Source: a virus
Taxonomy: Duplodnaviria; Caudoviricetes
Strand: one strand, 5' to 3'
IMG/VR virus record: IMGVR_UViG_3300021579_000015
Span: 1-44,003 of that record
Length of the DNA stretch: 44,003 nt
Both the position numbers and the translations under genes were made by a program. Numbering within the stretch: position 1 is the stretch's first letter; the number at the start of each line of letters is the position of its first letter. Below are positions 1 to 9,310 of the stretch, piece by piece. The notes under the pieces were generated by a model. The model was given only the letters and a program-made list of their open reading frames with translations, was not told the DNA's origin and searched no databases.

Positions 1-131
1 GGACGAAAGCGCGCCGGCCACGAGAAGTTTGCCGAGCACTACGAGCTTTACCTGTTCGAGGGCAAGGCTCCCAGCCAGGAGCTGCAGCCCCTGTTCCGGC
101 GCTTCGCCAGCTGGATGAAGAACGTCTACAC
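1..131. repeat. Terminal direct overlap (copy 1) indicating a circular or circularly permuted complete genome
   Basis: 1-131 is identical to 43872-44003 except for one A (ggacgaaagc vs ggacgaaaagc). The reading frame continues across the join. Confidence 0.95.
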
Positions 132-1077
132 CTCTCTGAAGGCGTTCATGCTGACCCACAACAGCAACCTCACGCCAGAGGTGCGCGGGATCTACGACCG
201 CATGCTGGCGACCGAAGCCCAGATCGAGCAGGCCGAGGCGGCGCGCAAGTTCCAACCCCTGTTCGCCTCGGCGGAGGAGGCCGGCATGGACCCTGCCGCC
301 TGGGCCGCCTACCAGCTCCAGGCGCAGGAGGCCAGCGAGAGCGCCATCGAGAACCTGCAGGCGCGCAGCCTGCGCGATGCGAAGTGGATGTCCAACGCCC
401 ACAGCCGCGTCATCAAGGCCATGCAGAAGGCGGTCAAGGGCAAGATCAAGGAGACCACCGCAGAGGTGACGGCCGAGGTCGAGGCCATGCCGGTGTACGC
501 TGCCAAGGCTGCGCTGGACGAACTGCACAAACCCACCGAGGCCGACAAGGACGCAGCCAAGGACTGGCGCGACCGGCGGGCTGCCGCAGAGGAGCGCGCC
601 ACCGAGCAGGTGAAAGCAGACACCCTCGCGGCACCGGAAGCGGCGGATCTCAAGGGACTGGCGAAGGGCCAGTACCTGGCCAAGAACAAGAAGGTCATGG
701 CCAACACGGTCGAGCGCCTGATGATCGAGTGGGAGAAGGCCAACCCGAAGCCCGTTCGCACCAATGACCCCGGTGACCTGCAGCTCACCTCCGAGCGCTT
801 CGGCTTCAGCTCCCCCGATGAAATGCTGCGGGCATTCGCCGAGGCGCAACCCAAGGCCGAGGTCATCGAAGGCATGACCGACCAGCGCCTGCTGGAGCGC
901 TACGGCGACCTGACCACCGAGGAGGGCATCAAGGCTGCCGCCGACGAGGCCATCCACAACGAGGCGCGCGCACGCTTCGCGGCCACCGAACTGCGCGCCC
1001 TGTCCGAGGGGGTGCGCTTAAAAGACACCCGCAGAATTAAAGTGCTGGAGCAACTGAAGGAGTGCATCGGGTCATGA
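1..1077 (+). CDS. C-terminal part of giant ejection/polyvalent protein A (continues from 39349 across the circular join; total about 1866 aa)
   Basis: Frame +1 reads KRAGHEKFAEHYELYLFEGKAPSQELQPLFRRFASWMKNVYT, identical to the window end. The ORF-track start at 115 is an internal Met. Ends ...KVLEQLKECIGS*. Confidence 0.85.
   Translation, partial: GRKRAGHEKFAEHYELYLFEGKAPSQELQPLFRRFASWMKNVYTSLKAFMLTHNSNLTPEVRGIYDRMLATEAQIEQAEAARKFQPLFASAEEAGMDPAAWAAYQLQAQEASESAIENLQARSLRDAKWMSNAHSRVIKAMQKAVKGKIKETTAEVTAEVEAMPVYAAKAALDELHKPTEADKDAAKDWRDRRAAAEERATEQVKADTLAAPEAADLKGLAKGQYLAKNKKVMANTVERLMIEWEKANPKPVRTNDPGDLQLTSERFGFSSPDEMLRAFAEAQPKAEVIEGMTDQRLLERYGDLTTEEGIKAAADEAIHNEARARFAATELRALSEGVRLKDTRRIKVLEQLKECIGS
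1012..1043 (+). promoter_or_regulatory. Late-promoter motif copy 1 (GTGCGCTTAA-N17-AAAGT), inside the 3' end of protein A gene
   Basis: Same bipartite motif and exact 17-nt spacing as at 7061, 26163, 28461 and 30408. Confidence 0.7.
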
Positions 1078-1424
1078 GCGACAAGAACTTGCTGGAGATC
1101 GGCGCGGCGCTCGCCGACCTGGCCGCGCTCGCTGAGAAGAACGCAGCGGCCCAGCCCGTGCTCATGCAGATGCTGTCCAGCCAGGTGGAGACCCTGCGCA
1201 CGCTGGTCTCGCAAGAGCGCCTGGTGCCGGTCGTCAACGTGGCCCCGGCCACCCCCAACGTATCGGTGCAGGCAGCGCCTGCCCCGGTGGTGAACGTCAA
1301 CGCACAGGCCGGCGAGACCATCGTGCATGTGCTCGAAGCCAAGAGCAAGAAGGTTCGCCTAACAGTCAATCGCAACGCCAGCGGGTTCATCGAATCCCTG
1401 GACGTGGAAACCATAACGGAGTAA
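1074..1424 (+). CDS. Hypothetical virion protein (helical N-terminus, PVVNV repeats, C-terminal beta-hairpin)
   Basis: SD AAGGAG at 1057-1062. ATG overlaps the upstream TGA (ATGA). 116 aa. Confidence 0.75.
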   Translation: MSDKNLLEIGAALADLAALAEKNAAAQPVLMQMLSSQVETLRTLVSQERLVPVVNVAPATPNVSVQAAPAPVVNVNAQAGETIVHVLEAKSKKVRLTVNRNASGFIESLDVETITE

Positions 1425-1428
1425 CCCC

Positions 1429-1803
1429 ATGGCCATCTCGATGAACGCGACCCTGCGTAACAACCGCCTGGACCAGATCACGTCCTTCGTGGGCGCCACC
1501 GGTAAGCTGCGCGTCTACACAGCCGGCGCTGCCACGCTGCTGTACGAATCGCTGTGCGCTGCCACCTTCGCGCCTGCTGCCTCCGGTGGCGTGCTCACCG
1601 CCAACGCGGTGGGCAACGCCACGGCGGTGGCCGCCGGCACCGCTGCGGTGGCCAGGCTGTACAAGAACGACGGCACCACCCTGGTGCTGGACGGCTTGAC
1701 CGTGGGCACCAGCGGCACCAACGTTGTCATCACCAACACGACCATCGCCGTCAACGACGTGGTGACGACATCGAGCTTCACGATCACTGAAGGTAACCCG
1801 TAA
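1429..1803 (+). CDS. Hypothetical beta-rich virion structural protein
   Basis: 124 aa, Thr/Ala/Gly/Val-rich. The start MAISMNATLRNNRLDQIT resembles a common phage structural family. TAATG coupling to the next gene. Confidence 0.75.
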   Translation: MAISMNATLRNNRLDQITSFVGATGKLRVYTAGAATLLYESLCAATFAPAASGGVLTANAVGNATAVAAGTAAVARLYKNDGTTLVLDGLTVGTSGTNVVITNTTIAVNDVVTTSSFTITEGNP

Positions 1804-2099
1804 TGGCTAACGCTATTGGCACGGCTGAAATCGACTTCGGGGCGTTCCCTGGGTCGAATGACGCCAGTGTGGCCGTCACTGGGCAGACGGGCATCAGCGC
1901 TACGAGCAAGGCTGAGGCGTTTGTCATGGCTGACGATACATCCACGGACGGGCACACGGCCAATGACCATCGGTATTTCAACATGTTGTCCGGGTTGACC
2001 TGCGGGACGCCAACAGCGGGGACGGGTTTCACGATCTACGCTACATCGCAGCACAAGCTGCAAGGTAAATTTGCCCTTCGCTGGGTTTGGAGTGATTAA
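1803..2099 (+). CDS. Hypothetical beta-rich virion protein
   Basis: 98 aa, translationally coupled, collinear with the cassette. Confidence 0.7.
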   Translation: MANAIGTAEIDFGAFPGSNDASVAVTGQTGISATSKAEAFVMADDTSTDGHTANDHRYFNMLSGLTCGTPTAGTGFTIYATSQHKLQGKFALRWVWSD

Positions 2100-2101
2100 A
2101 A

Positions 2102-3538
2102 ATGCCGATGGATTCTAGAATCGTAGGCGGTATCAGCGGCTATCAGGCCGAGGTTGATATCAACAACAACGCCAAGGTAAACCTGCCGACGACTGTCAGT
2201 CAGGCGGGCTACTCTGCCCTGGCTGCCGAGTCTGACCCTGGCACCTACACCGGCACCCGCGAGGTGCGCAAGGCGCTTATCTCTGCTGAGAATCGCTTGC
2301 TGGTCGGCATGCCGTCGATCATCATGAGCAAGACTTTCCCTGGCACGGCGGTGAATACCGGCTACTGGCACCAGATCGCGACCACGCAGACTGTCGCAGT
2401 GGCGTCCGGCCTGCTGACGCTAAACAGTGGTAACGTGACCACGCTGTCCACCGGCTCGGGCAACCAGTCGGTGCAGCCCATCCCGGTGAACATGGGCGGC
2501 ATCACGGTGGCGGAAACTGACGGCTACCCGACCAATACACCTGTGGCTAACAACGTCACCGAGTGGGGCGCGTTCAACTACACCACGTTCAACGGCGCGG
2601 TAACGGACGGTGCACTGTTCCGCTTCAATTCGTCCGGCGAGTTCCGCTGTGTGCTGGTGACCAACAGCGTAGAACTGCAGTCTGCATCGCTGAATGCTGC
2701 CGTGCTGGCGCCTGTCAACGTAGTGAAGAATTATTTCATCCGCATCTCGGACGAGGGCGCTGAATTCCTGATCGATGGTGTGCGCGTTGCCAATATCACG
2801 CGACCGTCCACGGCGGGTAGTTCGCTGCTGAATACCGCGCTTTACCTTTCGCAGCGCACGTACACGCTGGCAACTGCACCGGCGTCTGCCACCCAGTTCA
2901 AGGTTGGGCACGTTGCCGCCTGGCTTGAAGAAGAAGTGGCGAACCGCGACTACACCATGAGCCTGACGGGCCAAGGCGGGCACCTGGCGTACACCCAGGA
3001 CGGCACGACGGCTGGTATCACGGCCAGCTACGTGAACAACACGGTACCGACTGCCGCTGTACCCACAAACACCACGGCGGCCCTAGGCACTGGCCTGGGT
3101 GGCCATTTCCTGGCAACGGCAACGGCTGCTGTAAACACCGACCTGATCATCAGCAGCTACCAAAACCCGGCCAACGGTGCGGCTGTGACCGGCAAGACGA
3201 TTTACCTGCGCGGCTGCTGGCTGGACACCTACGTGCAGACGGCGTTGACGGCTGGCGGTGCCAATATCGTTTGGTATCTGTCCATTGGTAGCACGTCGGT
3301 GTCCGAGGCCACGACTGAATCGGGCACGACCAAAATCCGACGAGTGATCCCGCTGGGTGTCCAGACGGTGGCGGCTGCCGCTGCCGCGTTGACATTGTTG
3401 CAGCGCATCCAGGTGCCGCTGACGGACGTCCCCATCTACCCTGGCGAGTTCGTCAAGGTGTGCTGCCGGTACGTTGGCACGGCGGCCACTGCTGGTGTCT
3501 ACGGCCACCTGATCGGCTTCGACGGCTTGAACGAGTAA
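2102..3538 (+). CDS. Putative fibre/receptor-binding protein (lectin-like beta-sandwich)
   Basis: 478 aa, Thr/Ala/Gly/Val/Asn-rich. The segment YFIRISDEGAEFLIDGVRVA resembles ConA/LamG-type strands. Confidence 0.6.
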   Translation: MPMDSRIVGGISGYQAEVDINNNAKVNLPTTVSQAGYSALAAESDPGTYTGTREVRKALISAENRLLVGMPSIIMSKTFPGTAVNTGYWHQIATTQTVAVASGLLTLNSGNVTTLSTGSGNQSVQPIPVNMGGITVAETDGYPTNTPVANNVTEWGAFNYTTFNGAVTDGALFRFNSSGEFRCVLVTNSVELQSASLNAAVLAPVNVVKNYFIRISDEGAEFLIDGVRVANITRPSTAGSSLLNTALYLSQRTYTLATAPASATQFKVGHVAAWLEEEVANRDYTMSLTGQGGHLAYTQDGTTAGITASYVNNTVPTAAVPTNTTAALGTGLGGHFLATATAAVNTDLIISSYQNPANGAAVTGKTIYLRGCWLDTYVQTALTAGGANIVWYLSIGSTSVSEATTESGTTKIRRVIPLGVQTVAAAAAALTLLQRIQVPLTDVPIYPGEFVKVCCRYVGTAATAGVYGHLIGFDGLNE

Positions 3539-3545
3539 ACCATAA

Positions 3546-4298
3546 ATGTCCCTGCTACTTGCCCTTATTGGCGGTGGCGGTGGCGGGGGCAACAGCCAAA
3601 CCATCGCCCTTACGCTCGATGGCGTAGGCGCGAGCGCGAACCAGACCGCCCAGCACCCGCAGTCCAGCGCCATCACGCTGGACTCTGTGCTGGTTGCCGT
3701 CAACCAGACCGCACAACACCCGCAGAGCCTGGCGCTCACACTGGGCGACATCACCGTCGCGTCCAGCCAGGCGCTGCAGCACAGCCAGGCCATCACCGTC
3801 ACACTGGACGATGTGACGGTCGCGGTCTCTCAGACCAACACCGGCGCGGGCAGCGGATCCTACACGCAGTCGGTCGCCATCACCCTGGACGACGCCACGG
3901 CGGCCATCGCCCAGACGCTGCAGCATGGCCAGACCATCGCCGTAACGCTGGGCGATGCGACTGCCGCAGCCACGCAGACCCTGCAACACAGCCAGGCGCT
4001 GGCGCCCACCCTGGCCGACGCCACCGCAAGCGCAGCGCAAACGGCGCAGCACGACCAGGCGGTGGCTGCCACCCTGGGCGATGTCAGTGTTGCCATCGTC
4101 CAGTCGCTGCCGGGTGCATACAACCAGGTGGTCGCCATTACACTGGACGACGCCAGCGCGAACGTGCAGCAGTCCGGGCCGAGGGTAGAGGGCCCGACCA
4201 TCGGCAGCGTTGGTGGCGGGTTAACCCGCATGCGTCGCAAGCAGGACGAGGAGCTCGTCGAGCTGCTGCTTTCAATGATTGTGAGTGAGGTTATCTGA
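3546..4298 (+). CDS. Fibre-shaft-like protein with about nine 21-aa repeats
   Basis: Repeats of type QxxAxTL(D/G)DxxxxxxQTxQH. Gly7 N-terminal linker. C-terminal RRKQDEELVELLL motif. Confidence 0.7.
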   Translation: MSLLLALIGGGGGGGNSQTIALTLDGVGASANQTAQHPQSSAITLDSVLVAVNQTAQHPQSLALTLGDITVASSQALQHSQAITVTLDDVTVAVSQTNTGAGSGSYTQSVAITLDDATAAIAQTLQHGQTIAVTLGDATAAATQTLQHSQALAPTLADATASAAQTAQHDQAVAATLGDVSVAIVQSLPGAYNQVVAITLDDASANVQQSGPRVEGPTIGSVGGGLTRMRRKQDEELVELLLSMIVSEVI

Positions 4299-7060
4299 TG
4301 GGCACCCTGACCGGATGTATTGCGAAGGCGGGCATCTTGCTGCCACGTCACGACAAAGAGGCGATCCTGAAGCACGCCGCGGAGTTCCGCGAGCAGGGCA
4401 TGGACGCCCAGGCCGCTGGCGTTGCCGCAGTGGAAAAGCGCATTGCGCACCTGAACACCCAGGCGAGCAAGGGCGAGGGCAGCACCAACGTGCTGGTCAA
4501 GGCGGCCAAGCAGTTCGCCGAGGGCCTGGTCGCCCGGCGCAAGGTGCGCGACCTCAAGCCCGGCAAGCACACCGCAGCCGAGGCCAGGGCAGCCAAGGCT
4601 GCCATCGAGGCCGTCAGGAAGGGCGACACAGAGGCCGCCATCCAGGCCAAGCGCGACCAGGTTCTGCAGTTCCACGCGGCCAAGGCCACCATCGAGGCGC
4701 AGGCCGAGGTCGACAAGAAGGTCAAGGCGCTGCGCAAGATCGCCGACAACGAGACCCTGCCGCCCGAGTACAAGGACCAGATCGACAAGCTGCTGGAGCG
4801 CGTGGACCTCAAACCCCGCACGCTGCGCGAACTGGACAAGCGCGCCAAGCTGGCCGACTGGCTCAAGGCGCAGGAGGAGATCGGCCTGGACCCGGACATC
4901 CCCGACTATCTGCGCGAGGACTCCGACCTCACCAACTACAAGGACATGACGGTGGAGGAGCTGCGCGGGCTGTATGACACGGTCAAGCAGATCGAGCACC
5001 TGGGCCGGCTCAAGAACAAGCTGCTCACCGCCAAGGACAAACGCGACTTCGAGATCGTGCGCGACGACATCGCCAGGAGCATCGACGACCTGGCCGGCGA
5101 CCGTGTCGCCAGCACCCGCACGCCCACCACACGGGGCGGGCGTTGGCTGCAGGCGGTGAAGAACTTCGGCAGCGCCCACATTAAGGCCGCCACCTGGGCG
5201 CGCGTGATGGACGGGGGCAAGGACGGGGGCAAGGTGTGGGAATACTTCGTGCGCAGCGCCAACGATAAAGGCGAATGGGAGACCACCCAGCGCGCCGAGG
5301 CCACGCAGAAGCTGACCGAGATCCTGGCGCCGTGGCTGGCCAAGGGCAACCTGGGCAAGCAGACATCCTACCCGGCCATCAACCGCAGCCTCACGCGCCA
5401 GGAGGTGCTGGCGATGGCGCTCAACAGCGGCAACGAGTCCAACCTGCAGCGCCTGCTGGGAGGGGAGGGCTGGACCATCCAGCAGCTCGACACTGTGCTG
5501 AGCACCCTGGACGCCTCCGACTGGGCGGTGGCGCAGGGCGTGTGGGACTTCTTCGAGAGCTACCGGCCCGAGATCGCAGCCAAGCAGATGCGCGTCTACG
5601 GCAAGCAACCCGAGTGGATTGAGCCGGGATCCGCCATCACCGCCAAGTACGGTATCAAGGGCGGCTACTATCCGGTCAAGTACGACCCGGCGGCCAGCGT
5701 GCGCGCCGAGGAGCACGCCGACGCGGAGGGCGCCAAGCGCCAGCTGCAAGGTGCCTACGGTGCAGCCACCACCCGCCGGTCGTTCACCAAGGCCCGCGCC
5801 GAGGAGGTTGTCGGGCGGCCCCTGCTGTACAACCTGAGCGGGCTGTACGGCGGCGTCAACGACGTGATCCACGACCTGGCCTGGCACGAGTGGCTGATCG
5901 ACACCAACCGCCTGCTCAAGTCCACCGCCATCGACAGCGCCATGCGCGAGCACTACGGGCCTGCAGCGGTGCGCCAGTTCAAGACCTGGCGCGATGCCAT
6001 CGCCGAGGGCGAGCAGACCAGCCAGCAGGCGCTGGACAGCGCGCTGGGGTATCTGCGCCAGTCGGTGAGCGTGGCCGGCCTGGGCTTCAACGTGATGTCG
6101 GCCTTGATGCAGCCCCTGGGGTTAACGCAGTCGATCAGCCGGGTGGGCGCCCGGTGGGTGGGCGGTGGCATCACGGCCTACATCGCGAACCCGCTGGCGC
6201 AGACCCGCGACGCCCAGGAGAAGAGCGAGTTCATGGCCAACCGCGGGCGCACCCAGTTCCGCGACCTGAACGAGCTGCGCAACAAGGTGCAAGGCGAGCA
6301 CGGGCCGTTGGCCAAGGTGCGCGAGAACGCCTACTTTCTGATGATGCAGTGCCAGCGCATGGTCGATGTGCCGACCTGGCACGGCGCCTACGAGAAGGCC
6401 ATCTCCGAGGGCAACGAGGAGGAGCGCGCCATCGCCCTGGCAGACCAGGCGGTGATCGACTCCCAGGGCGGGGGTGAGACCAAGGACTTGTCTGCCATCG
6501 AGCGGGGCGGCCCGGCACAGAAGCTCTTCACCACCTTCTACAGCTTCATGAACACCGCCGCCAACCTGAGCTATTCGAGCGCCCGCACCAAGAGCGCCGG
6601 CGCCAAGGCCGCCGACGTCCTGCTGCTGGCCGTGGTGCCGGCCGTGCTGGGTGCGCTGTTGAAGGACGCGCTCACCCCCGGCGACAGCGGGGACGACGAC
6701 TGGAAGAAGCTCAGCCGCAAGCTGCTGGGCGAGCAGCTCTCCTACCTGATGGGACTGATGGTGGTGACGCGGGAGTTCTCCGAAGCTGGCAAGACCCTGG
6801 CCGGCGCCACCGACCGACCACGTGACTACTCGGGCCCTGCCGGGGTGCGCATGATCGCCGACGCTGGTACGTTTGCCAAGCAGGCGGCGCAAGGCCAGTT
6901 CGACGACGCCTTCCGCAAGGCGGCGATCAACATCCTGGGTGATGTGGCAGGGCTGCCCTCGGCCCAGATCAACCGCACCATCACCGGCGTCAAGGCGCTC
7001 AAGGAGGGCAAGACCCACAACCCGATGGCGGTCCTGATGGGTTACCAGGAACCACACTAA
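4298..7060 (+). CDS. Large ejection (internal virion) protein B, probable C-terminal half of the giant ejection protein
   Basis: 920 aa, helical, with GGYYPVKYD and VIDSQGGGETKDLSAIERG motifs typical of T7 gp16-position proteins of BPP-1-like phages. Sits immediately before the tailspike. Confidence 0.8.
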   Translation: MGTLTGCIAKAGILLPRHDKEAILKHAAEFREQGMDAQAAGVAAVEKRIAHLNTQASKGEGSTNVLVKAAKQFAEGLVARRKVRDLKPGKHTAAEARAAKAAIEAVRKGDTEAAIQAKRDQVLQFHAAKATIEAQAEVDKKVKALRKIADNETLPPEYKDQIDKLLERVDLKPRTLRELDKRAKLADWLKAQEEIGLDPDIPDYLREDSDLTNYKDMTVEELRGLYDTVKQIEHLGRLKNKLLTAKDKRDFEIVRDDIARSIDDLAGDRVASTRTPTTRGGRWLQAVKNFGSAHIKAATWARVMDGGKDGGKVWEYFVRSANDKGEWETTQRAEATQKLTEILAPWLAKGNLGKQTSYPAINRSLTRQEVLAMALNSGNESNLQRLLGGEGWTIQQLDTVLSTLDASDWAVAQGVWDFFESYRPEIAAKQMRVYGKQPEWIEPGSAITAKYGIKGGYYPVKYDPAASVRAEEHADAEGAKRQLQGAYGAATTRRSFTKARAEEVVGRPLLYNLSGLYGGVNDVIHDLAWHEWLIDTNRLLKSTAIDSAMREHYGPAAVRQFKTWRDAIAEGEQTSQQALDSALGYLRQSVSVAGLGFNVMSALMQPLGLTQSISRVGARWVGGGITAYIANPLAQTRDAQEKSEFMANRGRTQFRDLNELRNKVQGEHGPLAKVRENAYFLMMQCQRMVDVPTWHGAYEKAISEGNEEERAIALADQAVIDSQGGGETKDLSAIERGGPAQKLFTTFYSFMNTAANLSYSSARTKSAGAKAADVLLLAVVPAVLGALLKDALTPGDSGDDDWKKLSRKLLGEQLSYLMGLMVVTREFSEAGKTLAGATDRPRDYSGPAGVRMIADAGTFAKQAAQGQFDDAFRKAAINILGDVAGLPSAQINRTITGVKALKEGKTHNPMAVLMGYQEPH

Positions 7061-7092
7061 GTGCGCATAAGCGGGCGCTCCTTGTAGACAAT
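7061..7092 (+). promoter_or_regulatory. Late-promoter motif copy 2 (GTGCGCATAA-N17-ACAAT)
   Basis: Intergenic, directly upstream of the tailspike SD (AGGAG). Confidence 0.75.
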
Positions 7093-7117
7093 CACGGTCA
7101 ACTAGGAGCTCCCGCCC

Positions 7118-9292
7118 ATGACCGTACCCGCAACAACCCGAAAAGCCGGGCCGTTCACTGGCACCGGGTCGCAAACAGTCTTCCCGTTCAGCTTCAAGAT
7201 TTTCGCGGTCACCGACGTCAAGCTGGTGCAGGCCGACGCCAACGGCATCGAGACCACGCTCAGCTCCGGCTACACCGTCACCATGAACAGCGACCAGGTG
7301 GCTACCCCTGGCGGCTCGGTCACCCTGAGCACGGCACTGGCCAGCGGCTACAAGCTCTCCATCATCGGCAACCTGCCCTACGACCAGACCCTGGCCATAC
7401 CAGGGGGTGGTAACTACAACCCGGTCGCGCACGAGAACGCGCTGGACCGCATCGTCGAGCAGATGCAGCAGATCTCCGAGGTGGCCGGTCGGCAGCTGGT
7501 TCTGCCAGTCACGGCGGCAATTGCCAACACCACCTTGCCCAGCCCGGCCAGCAACAAGCTGATCAGCTGGAACGCCTCCGCCGACGGACTGCAGAACATC
7601 GACCCGGTATCGCTTGCCACGGTGGTGGCCTTCGGCACCGCCAACGCCGACGTGTTCACCGGCACCGGCGCGCAGACGGCCTTCACCCTGAGCGCTAACC
7701 CCGGTGCCCAGGCCAACCTGGACGTGTCCGTGGGTGGCGTCACCCAGACCCCCGGACTGGACTACACCTGGTCAGGCGGCACGACGGTGGCCTTCACCGC
7801 AGCCCCGCCCAACGGCGCACGGGTGCTGCTGCGCTACTTCCAAGGTCTGCCGCAGGGGACGACCGACAGTGCTGCGTCGACGTATACGCCAGCGGGGACC
7901 GGGGCGGTGGCGACTACGGTGCAGACCAAGCTGCGCGAGAGCGTGAGCGTGAAGGACTTCGGCGCCAAGGGCGACGGGGTGACGGACGACACGGCGGCGA
8001 TTCAGGCGGCGATCAATAGCGGGGCCAAGTGCGTCACATTCCCCGCCGGCGTGTATCAGACGGCATCGCAGTTGACGCTGGTATCCGGGCAGACCCTGCA
8101 AGGGCAAGGCGCGGGTGTGACGACCGTCATCGCCAAAGCTGCGACGAATTTCCAGTACGTAGCCTTCAACTCCGGCGGGTCCAACATCCGGGTCAGCGGG
8201 ATCACATTCGACGCCAACCAAGCCAACCGCAGCGGGGTGTTGACTACCACAGCGATACCCATGTTGCTGACGGGCGTGGCAGACTGCCACGTAGTTGAAT
8301 GCGTGTTTCAGAATGCTATCGGCACTGCAGTCGTGTCGGGTTTTGGCCTGGCCATCGGAGGTACGTCAACCCGTTGCACCGTCCACAACTGCCGATTTTT
8401 GAACAACGGCACTGCTGGAAAACCGGCGGATGGGATCTTCTGCTCCGCGTCAGATAGTCTTATATCCAATTGCATCGCGTACAACTGCACCGACACCGGT
8501 TTCGTCATTGAGTCGGCGTCCTACTCTGGGATCGTCGGCTGTGTCTCGGATGGATGCTCGTGCGGCGGGGCAATCACCAACGCCATCAACACCGACACCT
8601 ACGGCAACTATATCAACGGGCTCACGGTCAGTAACTGGAACGCCGCCGTCACCGGAGGCGTCCAGGTGGGGTGCCCACTAAGCTCGTCCACTGGTGTCCT
8701 CTACGACACACTGGTTAATGCTGTCGTCATGCGGGCCAACACGGGCGGTGGATACGGTACTGGCGCAGCGATCAATGTTCGGTCCACTGGCACACCAAAG
8801 CCGACCCGCGTGACAGTGAGTAACTGCATCATCGAAGGGGCTACAGCGCAAGGCATCCTGTTTAACACGGGGGTGTCGTGCTCCGCACTCGGAAATAGCG
8901 TTAAGCAAACGGGAAGTGCAGCCATCCAGTTTGTCGGTGGGACAGGGCACACCGCCCAGGGGAACGTCATAGATACGACATCCTTTGGTGTGATAGGTGC
9001 TTCAGCTTCCACGGTGACGGCACAAGGCAACATCTGCTCGAACGTCAGCTACGGGACTTATGCGTTTGACACCTCCGTTGTCAACAGCTACGGCAACACG
9101 GTCCTGACCCCGTCGGCTGCATACCACGGGAAAGACGCCGGGGCCACCCTCAACCTGATCGGGCAAGTGAGTGGAGCCCCCATCATCGGGAATGCGTCGG
9201 GGGCTGTGCCGACAGGGGCGCTTAACAACAAATTCCTGGTCTATGACAAGGCAGGAAACCCCATCGGGTACGTCCCGACATACGCATCCTAA
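7118..9292 (+). CDS. Tailspike / tail fibre: T7 gp17-like N-terminal anchor plus pectate-lyase-like beta-helix
   Basis: N-terminal FTGTGSQTVFPFSFKIF...ENALDRIVEQMQQ. ESVSVKDFGAKGDGVTDDTAAIQAA motif followed by beta-helix repeats. Confidence 0.9.
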   Translation: MTVPATTRKAGPFTGTGSQTVFPFSFKIFAVTDVKLVQADANGIETTLSSGYTVTMNSDQVATPGGSVTLSTALASGYKLSIIGNLPYDQTLAIPGGGNYNPVAHENALDRIVEQMQQISEVAGRQLVLPVTAAIANTTLPSPASNKLISWNASADGLQNIDPVSLATVVAFGTANADVFTGTGAQTAFTLSANPGAQANLDVSVGGVTQTPGLDYTWSGGTTVAFTAAPPNGARVLLRYFQGLPQGTTDSAASTYTPAGTGAVATTVQTKLRESVSVKDFGAKGDGVTDDTAAIQAAINSGAKCVTFPAGVYQTASQLTLVSGQTLQGQGAGVTTVIAKAATNFQYVAFNSGGSNIRVSGITFDANQANRSGVLTTTAIPMLLTGVADCHVVECVFQNAIGTAVVSGFGLAIGGTSTRCTVHNCRFLNNGTAGKPADGIFCSASDSLISNCIAYNCTDTGFVIESASYSGIVGCVSDGCSCGGAITNAINTDTYGNYINGLTVSNWNAAVTGGVQVGCPLSSSTGVLYDTLVNAVVMRANTGGGYGTGAAINVRSTGTPKPTRVTVSNCIIEGATAQGILFNTGVSCSALGNSVKQTGSAAIQFVGGTGHTAQGNVIDTTSFGVIGASASTVTAQGNICSNVSYGTYAFDTSVVNSYGNTVLTPSAAYHGKDAGATLNLIGQVSGAPIIGNASGAVPTGALNNKFLVYDKAGNPIGYVPTYAS

Positions 9293-9310
9293 AACACACC
9301 GGACCAAGCA

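Noticed and set aside
1-10. Frameshift at the junction (AAA vs AAAA)
   Set aside because: It lies within the first bases of the contig. The end copy keeps the frame, so it is likely an assembly-edge error.
1012-4480. Intein or self-splicing intron explaining the split gene
   Set aside because: No intein N-terminal block or His-Asn terminus, no group I/II core, no homing endonuclease or RT. The insert is fully protein-coding.
7060-7087. Second dif site (AGTGCGCATAA...)
   Set aside because: Only the XerC-like arm matches. The spacer and XerD arm are absent, and the site fits the late-promoter motif.
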